DNA of 64,000 nucleotides from Rickettsiales bacterium (GTDB lineage Bacteria > Pseudomonadota > Alphaproteobacteria > Rickettsiales > UBA1997): the NCBI GenBank assembly GCA_038123275.1, contig JAYORG010000002.1:10083-74082 (forward strand), read 5' to 3'. The number at the start of each line of letters is the position of its first letter. Position 1 is the first letter of the stretch. A program made the translations under genes and the position numbers. The notes under the pieces were generated by a model, which was given only the letters and a program-made list of their open reading frames with translations, was not told the DNA's origin and did no database searches. Shown here piece by piece: positions 10,039 to 19,055 of the stretch.

Positions 10039-10629
10039 ATGAAAAAAATATTATTATTTGCCACAATTATCTCATCTTTATTAATTTCTTCTTGTGCCAA
10101 AAAGCCAGTTAACCCAGCTTTAGCAAAAATTAAAAAGGAAAATCTTAGTCATTTACCAGATTGGGTTTTAAGTCCAGAGGTTGAAGATGGTGTTGCAGGA
10201 GTTGGTATCGCTTCTAAAAGCAGAGGTAGTTTTAAATTCCAAATTAGAAAAGCAGAAATGGATGCTAAAGCTAATATAGCCACCACAATTCAATCAGAAA
10301 TTTCTAGAGTTACCAAAGAGGCTTTAAGAGAATCAAATGTTAATGACGTTAACGATGTTGAAGAAGTATTCTCTCAAGCAACAAAAGAGGTAGTTAAAAA
10401 TATGCCACTTTCTGGAGCAACTAGAATTAATATTCATCAAGGAAATGATGGTACTCTTTATGTTCACATGATCTTAAAAAACAAAGATTATGGCAAATAT
10501 CTTAAAAACAGTCAAAAAGTCTATCAAGATAGATTAAAAGCTGCTAATTTAGGTAGAGATAATTTAGACAAGTCTCAAGAAGCAGTTAAAGAATTGTTTG
10601 AAGAACTAGAAGAAGAAAGAAATAAATAG
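10039..10629 (+). CDS. LPP20-family lipoprotein
   Basis: 196 aa; lipobox LLISSC; LPDWVLSPEVEDGVAGVGIA... followed by AEMDAKANIATTIQSEIS, typical of LPP20/FlgP-like lipoproteins. Confidence 0.6.
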   Translation: MKKILLFATIISSLLISSCAKKPVNPALAKIKKENLSHLPDWVLSPEVEDGVAGVGIASKSRGSFKFQIRKAEMDAKANIATTIQSEISRVTKEALRESNVNDVNDVEEVFSQATKEVVKNMPLSGATRINIHQGNDGTLYVHMILKNKDYGKYLKNSQKVYQDRLKAANLGRDNLDKSQEAVKELFEELEEERNK

Positions 10630-10632
10630 AAA

Positions 10633-10779
10633 ATGAAATTATTAAAAGTTTTTTCAATTTTATTTATTGTTATTTTGCTTAGCTCTTGCGCAAAGAAAAT
10701 CCTGCATGATTCTCATGCTGGAGAAAGAATAAACAGGGCTGAGCAAAATACAGATCACTTATTCAAGGAAATGGAATAG
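10633..10779 (+). CDS. small predicted lipoprotein (48 aa; not in supplied ORF track)
   Basis: Hand translation: MKLLKVFSILFIVILLSSCAKKILHDSHAGERINRAEQNTDHLFKEME; lipobox LLSSC; starts 3 nt after the upstream stop, inside a lipoprotein operon. Confidence 0.4.
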   Translation: MKLLKVFSILFIVILLSSCAKKILHDSHAGERINRAEQNTDHLFKEME

Positions 10780-10796
10780 TTTATTAATTTTCATAT

Positions 10797-11774
10797 ATGA
10801 AAAGATATTTATTAATTTTATTTCTAATATCTGGTTGTATCACCATTGGTCAATCTCAAAAATCATCAAGTAATCTTCCATCTTGGTATATAAATCCATT
10901 TAGTAATGATTCTGTAAATCTTTATGGGGTTGGTGAGGGTTTTACAATTCAAGAAGCATCTAAATCAGCCTTAAACAATTTAGCAGCAAAGTTAGCTGTT
11001 ACTATTTCCTCGGATTCTTCTACTCTTATGGAGGAAAATAATTATAGTGCCAATGAAGAATTTCGTGGTAAAATTAGCGAAAGAGTGCAAGAGGTTACTT
11101 TTAATAATTATGACATAAATAATAGCCATAAGGAGGGCATGACTTTTTATGCACAAGTTAAGGTTGATAGGAATAATTTTATAAAAGAGCAAAAGTCTAT
11201 TTTGGCTCAAAAACATAAAATTATGCAAAATCTTTATAATTCTTCTAAAAATAAAAATATTCTTATTAGAAGAAATAAATTATCCAAGATTGTAGATATA
11301 AGTGCTAGCGCTAGTATAATTAATCAAATATTAAATGGCTTAAAAGTTAATCCTAATTATCAAAAGAATTTAGATAAATATCAATTTTACAAGGACTCTT
11401 ATGATAATATATTAGATAAAATTGAATTTTTTATTAAGTCAGACAATATAAAAATTAAAGATGCAGTAATTGAAGGCTTAAATGAGAATAATTTAAAAGT
11501 TGTTAGCTTAAAGAAAAATAATAGTAAAAATTTGGTTATTATTGATATTAAAACCACTTCTAGCGTTAAGAAAATTTATGGTTCAAATATTACTAATCTA
11601 AAGCTAAAATTTAAGTTAATTTCTAATAAAAACAAGATTCTAGCCAGTAACATTACTGAAGTTAGCGGAGCTTCTGTGGGTAATCACAATTCTTTTGGTA
11701 TAGCAGTTAAAAATTTCTCTAAAAAAATCAAAAAAGAAGGAATTTTGCAAATAATAGGGGCTGATAAAAAATGA
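10797..11774 (+). CDS. LPP20-like lipoprotein with extra C-terminal domain
   Basis: 325 aa; lipobox LISGC; LPSWYINPFSNDSVNLYGVGEG...ALNNLAAKLAVTISS repeats the LPP20 N-terminal pattern. Confidence 0.5.
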   Translation: MKRYLLILFLISGCITIGQSQKSSSNLPSWYINPFSNDSVNLYGVGEGFTIQEASKSALNNLAAKLAVTISSDSSTLMEENNYSANEEFRGKISERVQEVTFNNYDINNSHKEGMTFYAQVKVDRNNFIKEQKSILAQKHKIMQNLYNSSKNKNILIRRNKLSKIVDISASASIINQILNGLKVNPNYQKNLDKYQFYKDSYDNILDKIEFFIKSDNIKIKDAVIEGLNENNLKVVSLKKNNSKNLVIIDIKTTSSVKKIYGSNITNLKLKFKLISNKNKILASNITEVSGASVGNHNSFGIAVKNFSKKIKKEGILQIIGADKK

Positions 11775-12853
11775 ACAAAATGATATTATCAAAAATAAGA
11801 TTTAGTATAATCTTATTAAATATTATTTTAATTTTAAGTAATTGCGCTCCAAAAATATCCAATCTTCACCAATATAATAAACAGAACTTTCCAAAAACTA
11901 GCTTTATGCCCAGTAAAGAAAGTGTTAAAGGAGCCCCTCCAAAGGTGGTAATTTTTAATTTTAATGAAAATAATAATAAAGTTGCTATTGATGCCAATTT
12001 AGGGAAGTCATTAGCAGTTAATATTGAAAATCTATTAACCAAAGATCGCTTAGTTCAATTAATTGATCGTAAAATTGCCACAAAGTTAGAGAAGGAAATT
12101 TTATTATCACAAATAAATAATGAAGATGTAGCATATAATGGTCCTCCAGTTGCTAATTATGCAATTTCTGGTGAGATTGGTAGTGCTGGATTCAATAAAA
12201 AATACTCATCTGGAATGATGCTTTATAGTAAAGATAGGGGGTTGTATAAAACTCCAGCCAAGTTTAAATATAGCTCTGAAGTAAAGGGAAATGTTAAAGT
12301 TTATGAAATACCATCAATGGATGTGATAGATAATTTTAAAATTTCTGGATTTGCCAAAAGATCAGAAAATGTTCAAAAGAGTGGAGGTGTTTCAATTGCT
12401 GGTCTTATTGAGGTTGGAGTTGAAAAAAATAAAGGATTAGAGGCAGATAATGATCTTGTTAGAAAAGCTGGAGAAAATGCTATTTATAGTTCTTCAACTG
12501 TTATAAAAAATGCTTTTGCTAAGAAAGGTTATGTTTTAGAAAAAAGGTCTTTTAAAAATAAAGTAATATTTAAAGTTAGCTTAGGAGAGAGGGATGGAAT
12601 AAAACATGGAGATAGATTTGAGATAATTGGTAAATTTGAAATAGAAAATCCAATTACAAATGAAGTAGAAATTGAGAAAAGAATTCTTGGAGAAGGCAGG
12701 GTATCTAATAGAATAAATCCTAAATATTCTTTTGTTGTTTTGAATAAAAAAGAATATAATAATATGGTAAGACTTGGTGATATCGTGCAAATTAAGTATA
12801 AGAAAAGTTTATCACAAAAGATAAGCAAATTTAATAGATACGTTCCTAACTAA
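11771..12853 (+). CDS. lipoprotein with CsgG/LpoB-like N-terminal pattern
   Basis: 360 aa; lipobox ILSNC. PPKVVIFNFNEN...LGKSLAVNIENLLTKDRLVQLIDRK...EILLSQ...ANYAISGEI follows the CsgG-family consensus by eye. ATGA overlap with the upstream gene. Confidence 0.35.
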   Translation: MNKMILSKIRFSIILLNIILILSNCAPKISNLHQYNKQNFPKTSFMPSKESVKGAPPKVVIFNFNENNNKVAIDANLGKSLAVNIENLLTKDRLVQLIDRKIATKLEKEILLSQINNEDVAYNGPPVANYAISGEIGSAGFNKKYSSGMMLYSKDRGLYKTPAKFKYSSEVKGNVKVYEIPSMDVIDNFKISGFAKRSENVQKSGGVSIAGLIEVGVEKNKGLEADNDLVRKAGENAIYSSSTVIKNAFAKKGYVLEKRSFKNKVIFKVSLGERDGIKHGDRFEIIGKFEIENPITNEVEIEKRILGEGRVSNRINPKYSFVVLNKKEYNNMVRLGDIVQIKYKKSLSQKISKFNRYVPN

Positions 12854-12861
12854 ATAATTTT

Positions 12862-13746
12862 TTGTTAAAAGTGCCCAGTAAAATAATTTTTCAAAATAAC
12901 TCTTTAAATATTTGCAATGATTACGAACATTTTATTTTGGATGTTTGGGGTGTAATACATGATGGAACCTCTGTTTATGATGGCGTTGTTGATAACTTAA
13001 TTAAGTTAAGAGAATTAAATAAGAAAATTTATTTTCTATCTAATGCCCCAAGAAGGTCTCATAAAGTAGCTTTAACTCTAGAAAAGTTTGGAATTACTGA
13101 TAATTTTTATGATTTTATCATGACTTCTGGTGAGGCAACTTATTTATCTTTGAAAGAAAATCAGGAGAATAATTTTAATAAATATGGTAAAAATTATTAT
13201 TATATAGGACCAGAGAAAGATCGCGATTTATTGGATGGTCTAGATTATAAGGAAGTTTATAATACCAAAGATGCTAATTTTGCCATTGCAACTGGTTTTG
13301 ACGATGAGTTATCTAAGGAAGATGAAAAATTAGAACATTTAGAAGAATGCTTAAAAAATAATTTGCCATTAATTTGTGTTAATCCAGATCTAATTGTCAT
13401 TAAGAAATCTGGTCAAGAGATGATTTGTGCTGGTCTAATTGCTAAGCAATATAAAGAGATGGGTGGTAAAGTAATATATTTTGGAAAACCTCATAAGGCC
13501 ACATATGACACAATATTTTCTTTGGCAAAAATAAGTGATAAGAGTAAAATTATTGCTATTGGTGATGGTATTGAAACTGATATTGATGGCGCCAATAAAA
13601 ACGGTATTGATAGTGCCTTAATTGGTGGAGGTATATTGTCTAATATTTTAAAAATAAAACATGGAGAATTACCCAAAAAAGAAGATTTAACAAAACTTTG
13701 TAAAACTTATCAAATTTATCCTAAAATTGCTCTAGGACAACTGTAA
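12862..13746 (+). CDS. HAD-superfamily hydrolase, subfamily IIA
   Basis: 294 aa; motif I DVWGVIHDG, motif II LSNAPR, motif IV IGDGIETDIDGA; TTG start at 12862 (GTG at 12871 also possible). Confidence 0.7.
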   Translation: MLKVPSKIIFQNNSLNICNDYEHFILDVWGVIHDGTSVYDGVVDNLIKLRELNKKIYFLSNAPRRSHKVALTLEKFGITDNFYDFIMTSGEATYLSLKENQENNFNKYGKNYYYIGPEKDRDLLDGLDYKEVYNTKDANFAIATGFDDELSKEDEKLEHLEECLKNNLPLICVNPDLIVIKKSGQEMICAGLIAKQYKEMGGKVIYFGKPHKATYDTIFSLAKISDKSKIIAIGDGIETDIDGANKNGIDSALIGGGILSNILKIKHGELPKKEDLTKLCKTYQIYPKIALGQL

Positions 13747-13757
13747 TTTATATTAAA

Positions 13758-14615
13758 ATGTTAAAAGATTATAAAAGAAAAAGAATAGCCCTATTATTAG
13801 CGTTAATCTCATTATCTATTCTTGTTATTATATTTATGATTCCTGGTACTAGTTTTTATTATGGTGGTAAAGTGGTAGCTTTAGTTGACAATGAAAGGAT
13901 CTATGAAAATGATATTAAAGATGAATTATTGGAAATGTTTCCCGGAAGTAATCCTAAAACTTTTGAGGTTAGAAGATTGCCACAAAATGTATTAGAATTA
14001 ATTGCTAAAGGAGTTTTTATTAAAAGGCATATTTATCGAGATGCTAGAAACAATATGGTTCATCAAGATGCAGAAGTTAGAGATAAAATTAATCGATATT
14101 CTAAAAAAACCATTCGTGAACATTTTATTGATGAAAAAATTGGCAAGAAAGTTAATAAAAAAGCAATACAAGCCAAATATTTAGAACTATCAGATAAAGT
14201 TAAGGAAGATAAAGAATTTAGTATTGGTCACATTTTGCTAAAAACAAAATATCAAGCTGATAAAGTTATTGAAAAAATTAATGATAAGCAGTCTTTCTTT
14301 GTTTTGGCTGGTAAATATTCTTTAGATAAAAAAACCAATAAAAAAGGTGGAAGACTTGGTTATTTCAAAGAAGATAAGGTTAAAAAAGAGTTTTCAGTGA
14401 TACTAAATATGAAAGAGGGTAATATTTCAGACCCTATTAAAACTGATTCTGGATGGCATGTTTTAAAATTAATAGATATCAAAACACCAAAGTTAGAAGA
14501 TTTTGATAAAATAAAGGATAAAATTGTAGAAGAATTAAGAAGAGAAGAAATTGATAAAATATTTTCTCAAATTTCTCAAGATTCTACAGTAAAGATATTA
14601 ATTGAACACCCTTAG
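13758..14615 (+). CDS. membrane-anchored parvulin-type peptidyl-prolyl isomerase (PrsA/PpiD-like)
   Basis: 285 aa; N-terminal TM helix; parvulin motifs FSIGHILL, GGRLGYF, SGWHVLKLID. Confidence 0.75.
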   Translation: MLKDYKRKRIALLLALISLSILVIIFMIPGTSFYYGGKVVALVDNERIYENDIKDELLEMFPGSNPKTFEVRRLPQNVLELIAKGVFIKRHIYRDARNNMVHQDAEVRDKINRYSKKTIREHFIDEKIGKKVNKKAIQAKYLELSDKVKEDKEFSIGHILLKTKYQADKVIEKINDKQSFFVLAGKYSLDKKTNKKGGRLGYFKEDKVKKEFSVILNMKEGNISDPIKTDSGWHVLKLIDIKTPKLEDFDKIKDKIVEELRREEIDKIFSQISQDSTVKILIEHP

Positions 14616-14617
14616 TT

Positions 14618-15445
14618 ATGCCTTCTAATAGAAAGAAGTTTTCTAATAAGAGTGGGTCTTTAAAATCAGTAAAATCTTCCAATCAAAATAATATTGCTTC
14701 TCATGTACCCAAAAATCAAATTTGGATTTATGGTAAACATCCAGTAAAAGAGGTTCTTTTAAATAAGAAACGTAAAGTTTTTAAAATTCTAATCACAAAA
14801 AATAATCAAGTAGAACTAGAAAATTTTATTAAAGAAAATAATCTAAAAATTGATAAATCTAATATTTTTATTGTTAGTGGCGAAGATATTTCTATAAACT
14901 TTACATCCAAGATAATACATCAAGGCTTTGCTATTTTATGCTCGGTGTTACATTGCATTACAGATAATGAATTTTTAGCAAATATTAAAAAGGATAATTT
15001 AGAAAATATTTTAATTTTAGATCAATTAACAGATCCACATAATATTGGTGCTATTATTAGAAGTGCTATATCTTTTGGGGTAAAAAATATTGTTTTATTA
15101 AAGCAGAGTTTTAGCGGCGAAAATGCTACAATTTGCAAAAGTTCATCTGGTACAATTGAAAATGCTAATATAATATTAGCTGGAAATTTAAATAATTTTA
15201 TTCTTAAGTTAAAATATCATGGATATTGGGTTGCTGGCCTAGATGGCTCTGGTAAAAATAGTTTTGATGATGTTAAGTTGCATGATAATATATGTTTAAT
15301 AATAGGAAATGAAGGTAGCGGAATTAGGCAATTAGTAAAAAAGAATTGCGATTTATTGTTAAAAATTCCAATATCCGATAAGGTTGAGAGTTTAAATGCT
15401 TCTAATGCTGCTTGTATAGCTCTCTGGGAAATTAACAAGAAGTAG
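14618..15445 (+). CDS. rlmB: SpoU/TrmH-family RNA 2'-O-methyltransferase (RlmB-like)
   Basis: 275 aa; DQLTDPHNIGAIIRSA, LIIGNEGSGIR, IPISDKVESLNASNAACIALWE. Confidence 0.75.
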   Translation: MPSNRKKFSNKSGSLKSVKSSNQNNIASHVPKNQIWIYGKHPVKEVLLNKKRKVFKILITKNNQVELENFIKENNLKIDKSNIFIVSGEDISINFTSKIIHQGFAILCSVLHCITDNEFLANIKKDNLENILILDQLTDPHNIGAIIRSAISFGVKNIVLLKQSFSGENATICKSSSGTIENANIILAGNLNNFILKLKYHGYWVAGLDGSGKNSFDDVKLHDNICLIIGNEGSGIRQLVKKNCDLLLKIPISDKVESLNASNAACIALWEINKK

Positions 15446-15447
15446 AT

Positions 15448-16227
15448 ATGAATAAATATAAGAAAATTGGTATTATTGCCAGCAAAGAACAAGAAGCAAT
15501 TGCAAAGAAAGTAGATCTAGTTAAGAAATATAATTTTATTGATTGCCAAGAAAATGTTAGTAAAGATATAGATCTAATTATTGCCCTTGGTGGTGACGGC
15601 TTAATGCTGCATTTACTTCATGGCTATCAAAATTTACAAATACCAATTTATGGAATTAATTTTGGTACTGTTGGTTTTTTGATGAACTCTATTAGTGATA
15701 ATTTACTTGAATCAATTCAAAGTTCTAAGTTAGAAATACTTCATCCTCTTAAGATGGTGGCAATAGATGTAAATGGTAAAAAACATGAACATCTAGCAAT
15801 TAATGAAGTTTCTCTTCTTAGGCAAAGTAATCAGGCAGCAAATATTAAGGTTAAGATTAATGGCAAAGATAGAATTCAAAGCCTAGCAGCCGATGGAGTT
15901 TTAGTTTCTACCCCAGCTGGAAGCACGGCTTATAATTCGTCTGTTAATGGCCCAATTATTCCACTTAAGGCTAATATTTTAACTTTAACACCAATTAGCC
16001 CATTTCGTCCAAAACATTGGCGTGGAGCATTGCTTGACGATAAAGCTAACGTTAAGTTTGAAATTCTTAAACATAGCAAACGACCAGTCAGTGCCACTGC
16101 TGATTATTTTGAAGTTAGAGATGTAAAAGAAGTAGAGATAAAGGTAGATAAAACCCAAAAATTCCAAATCCTTTTTGATCCAAATCACTCCTTAGAAGAA
16201 AGAATAGTTAGAGAGCAATTTATTTAA
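15448..16227 (+). CDS. nadK: NAD kinase
   Basis: 259 aa; GGDGLML, INFGTVGFL, NEVSL, DGVLVSTPAGSTAYNSS. Confidence 0.88.
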   Translation: MNKYKKIGIIASKEQEAIAKKVDLVKKYNFIDCQENVSKDIDLIIALGGDGLMLHLLHGYQNLQIPIYGINFGTVGFLMNSISDNLLESIQSSKLEILHPLKMVAIDVNGKKHEHLAINEVSLLRQSNQAANIKVKINGKDRIQSLAADGVLVSTPAGSTAYNSSVNGPIIPLKANILTLTPISPFRPKHWRGALLDDKANVKFEILKHSKRPVSATADYFEVRDVKEVEIKVDKTQKFQILFDPNHSLEERIVREQFI

Positions 16228-16340
16228 TTGATTCACCTTATCCTAACAAAATCTAAAATAATTCCCTAATTGTCCTTTAAAAGGTCTTTTGTATGTAAAG
16301 ATGGGATTTGGTATTATTTCTAGCCAGTACAATAAAAGCC

Positions 16341-16369
16341 TTGACTTTACTCTTTTTTAGGTAAATAAT
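16341..16369 (+). promoter_or_regulatory. candidate sigma70-type promoter of the mraZ operon
   Basis: TTGACT (16341-16346), 17-nt spacer, AATAAT (16364-16369); about 90 nt upstream of the mraZ ATG. Confidence 0.3.
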
Positions 16370-16370
16370 T

Positions 16371-16415
16371 CCATTTATTTCCGTTTTTAACCATAATTTC
16401 CCATAAAATACCATA
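16371..16415 (+). promoter_or_regulatory. five 10-bp-phased CC(A/G)T repeats (candidate MraZ operator)
   Basis: Consecutive 10-mers ccatttattt / ccgtttttaa / ccataatttc / ccataaaata / ccatattggg begin at 16371, 16381, 16391, 16401 and 16411, just downstream of the -10-like hexamer. Confidence 0.35.
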
Positions 16416-16455
16416 TTGGGAGGTTAAAAGGCGGTAAGCTTGAAATGAAAGGTTT

Positions 16456-16935
16456 ATGGCGTTATTTTTATCGAATTTTACTAATAAAATAGACAAGAAG
16501 GGTAGGGTTTCAGTTCCTGCTCAATTTCGCCTAGCTGTTTCTAATCAAGATTTTTCAGGAATAATTGTTTATGAGTCTTTTATTAATCAATCTATTGAGG
16601 GTTGTGATATTGACCGTATTAAGCAATTAAGTGAGTCAATTGATGAGTTAGATCCATTTTCTGAAACTAGAGATGCTTTTGCAGCTTCAATTTTAGGTGG
16701 ATCTGTACAGCTTTCTTTTGATAGTGATGGTAGGGTAATATTGCCAGAAGCCTTAATTGAGTTTGCTAATTTAAAAGATAAGGCAACTTTTGTTGGAAAA
16801 GGAAAGACATTTGAAATTTGGCAGCCAGAAACCTTTAGCTCTTACATGCAAGATGCTAAAAACAAGGCTAAGGACAATAGAGGTTTATTAAGATTGGCCA
16901 AGAAAGAAGAGTTAGGTACTGTTAACAGCGCCTAA
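16456..16935 (+). CDS. mraZ: transcriptional regulator MraZ
   Basis: 159 aa; duplicated MraZ/SpoVT-AbrB repeats: NKIDKKGRVSVPAQFR and DSDGRVILPEAL. Confidence 0.92.
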   Translation: MALFLSNFTNKIDKKGRVSVPAQFRLAVSNQDFSGIIVYESFINQSIEGCDIDRIKQLSESIDELDPFSETRDAFAASILGGSVQLSFDSDGRVILPEALIEFANLKDKATFVGKGKTFEIWQPETFSSYMQDAKNKAKDNRGLLRLAKKEELGTVNSA

Positions 16936-16965
16936 AGTAAATAAGAGAATAAAGGAGTGATGGGA

Positions 16966-17013
16966 GATGAAGAAAGTTGATTAAAAGCTTGGGAGGCTTC
17001 AATTTTCTTCATC
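16966..17013 (+). other. long hairpin in the mraZ-rsmH spacer
   Basis: gatgaagaaagttga (16966-16980) pairs with tcaattttcttcatc (16999-17013): 15 bp including one G-U; 18-nt loop; no U-tract follows. Confidence 0.4.
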
Positions 17014-17043
17014 AAATGTTACTTTAAATAATTAATTAAAAAA

Positions 17044-17988
17044 TTGGAAAATTATAATTTTCATAAACCAGTTTTATTAAAAGAAATTATGGAAAATCTT
17101 CAAGTCAAAGATAAAGAAATTTATGTTGATGGCACATTCGGAGCAGGGGGATATTCTACAGCTATTTTAAGTAAGGCAAATTGCAACTTATATGCATTTG
17201 ATCGCGATCATAATGTTTTAGGATTTGTTGATAGTCTTAAGGCAAAATTCCCCAAAAATTTTCATTTTATTAATGATCAATTTTCTAATATGAAATCTCG
17301 CCTAAATAAGTTAGATATTAATGAGGTTGATGGAATTGTTTTAGATCTAGGTGTTTCTTCAATGCAGCTTGATGAAGAAGAAAGAGGGTTTTCTTTTAAT
17401 TCTAATGCTAAGCTTGATATGAGGATGGATCAAAATAAAGAGATTAGTGCTTTTGAAGTTGTTAATTATAAATCTGAAAAAGAACTTTCAAATATCATTA
17501 GAGATTTTGGTGAAGAGAAAAAACACAGACACATTGCCAAAAAAATCATTAGCAAAAGAGAAGAAAAAGAAATTACAACAGCTTTAGAGTTAGCTGAGAT
17601 TGTTCGTGGTGTTTATGGCAATTACAATAAGAAAAAAATTGATCCAGCAACTAAAACTTTTCAAGCTATTAGAATTTTTGTTAATGATGAGCTTGGTGAA
17701 TTAAAATTAGTACTAACTAGTGCTTTGAGTCTATTGAAAAAAGGAGGGCGTTTATTGGTGGTGTCTTTCCACTCGCTAGAAGATGCATATGTAAAAAGAT
17801 TTTTTCGTCAAAATAGTGGTTATAATGATAGGAGTATTTCACGTTATGATCCTAGAAATTTATTAAATGAAGATCAGGAATACCAACTTTCTTTGCCAAT
17901 TAATAAGGCTATTAAGCCTTCAAAATTGGAGATTGAAGAAAATGTTAGATCCAGATCTTCAAGGTTAAGAATTGCAATTAAAAATTAG
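17044..17988 (+). CDS. rsmH: 16S rRNA (cytosine1402-N4)-methyltransferase
   Basis: 314 aa, TTG start; HKPVLLKE, DGTFGAGGYS, DLGVSSMQLD, VVSFHSLED. Confidence 0.92.
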   Translation: MENYNFHKPVLLKEIMENLQVKDKEIYVDGTFGAGGYSTAILSKANCNLYAFDRDHNVLGFVDSLKAKFPKNFHFINDQFSNMKSRLNKLDINEVDGIVLDLGVSSMQLDEEERGFSFNSNAKLDMRMDQNKEISAFEVVNYKSEKELSNIIRDFGEEKKHRHIAKKIISKREEKEITTALELAEIVRGVYGNYNKKKIDPATKTFQAIRIFVNDELGELKLVLTSALSLLKKGGRLLVVSFHSLEDAYVKRFFRQNSGYNDRSISRYDPRNLLNEDQEYQLSLPINKAIKPSKLEIEENVRSRSSRLRIAIKN

Positions 17989-17993
17989 ATTAT

Positions 17994-18452
17994 ATGTTAG
18001 ATTTGAAGCAAAATAATCAGTTTAAAGAAGCTCCATTATTTGAATATTTGGAGGAAAAAAAGAATGAGGAATTTGCAATTAAGATTGCTAAAACCAAAAC
18101 TGCTAGCTTAAGAAAATTTTATACAACTAATATTTTACTAGCTTTTGGAATAATTTTTAGTATTTGTTTGATGTTTTATGCTCAATATAAAGTTGATAAA
18201 TTACAAAATAGAATTGACCTTGTTCAAAGGCAAATTGATGATTATAAAAACGAAATAAAGCTTTTAAATGTAGAGTGGGTTTATTTAACTAGGCCAGATA
18301 GGTTAAGATTTTTATCTGGAAAATATCTCAAAAATAATAAAAATATTATTTTTGCCCAGGTTAAAGATCATGATACATTAGAAAAATTCTATTTAGCTAA
18401 TTTAAGAAAGCATAATCAACAAGAGTTAAATATTAGTTACTATTCTAGATAG
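17994..18452 (+). CDS. ftsL: cell division protein FtsL-like
   Basis: 152 aa; position after rsmH; single TM LLAFGIIFSICLMFYAQY, then a coiled-coil and EWVYLTRPDRLRFLSGKYL. Confidence 0.55.
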   Translation: MLDLKQNNQFKEAPLFEYLEEKKNEEFAIKIAKTKTASLRKFYTTNILLAFGIIFSICLMFYAQYKVDKLQNRIDLVQRQIDDYKNEIKLLNVEWVYLTRPDRLRFLSGKYLKNNKNIIFAQVKDHDTLEKFYLANLRKHNQQELNISYYSR

Positions 18453-18473
18453 TTTTCCTAATTAATGAACTGG

Positions 18474-19055
18474 TTAATACCATTCTTCTCTATTGCGTGG
18501 ATTATCTTCTTCAAAAATTGGATCTAGATTTTGATGAGTATTTAGTGATGGGTTACCAAATAAGTCATTTATTAGTGAATCTCTAATATTTTGAGCAATT
18601 AATCTGGTTAGATTAAGTTTTATTTCTTCTTCTGCTATATAGTTTGCAAATCTTTTATCCTCTACATCAAAGTCATCTTTGGCTGCAGTATTGCCTTTTG
18701 CTATAATTTCATCATCAGATATTCTTTTTAATGTATATCTGGCTTGTAATATTACTTTATTTCTTCCAGATGATCCAGTAGGGCTAATAAATGTTGTAGA
18801 TGTGTGTTCCTTAAGTATTATATTAAGTAGATATTCTTTTTTAATTTCAATTTTATTAGGGTTTAGAACTTCTTCTAAGTTATTATTTAATTTTTGATAT
18901 ATTCTTTTTCTATGTTTAACTATTTGAACCGCAGCTAATTTGTATTCATAGCTTGTGCCATCTTTTTTAGTATTTTTGTTATAGATAGGCTGTAAGCCAC
19001 AGTTAAAAGTGGTACTTGCAATTAAAATTATTAAGATAAATTTTACTAATCTCAT
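18474..19055 (-). CDS. lptE: LPS-assembly lipoprotein LptE-like
   Basis: 193 aa; lipobox TTFNC followed by GLQPIY, as in alphaproteobacterial LptE (CGF.PLY); otherwise weakly conserved. Confidence 0.45.
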   Translation of the reverse strand: MRLVKFILIILIASTTFNCGLQPIYNKNTKKDGTSYEYKLAAVQIVKHRKRIYQKLNNNLEEVLNPNKIEIKKEYLLNIILKEHTSTTFISPTGSSGRNKVILQARYTLKRISDDEIIAKGNTAAKDDFDVEDKRFANYIAEEEIKLNLTRLIAQNIRDSLINDLFGNPSLNTHQNLDPIFEEDNPRNREEWY

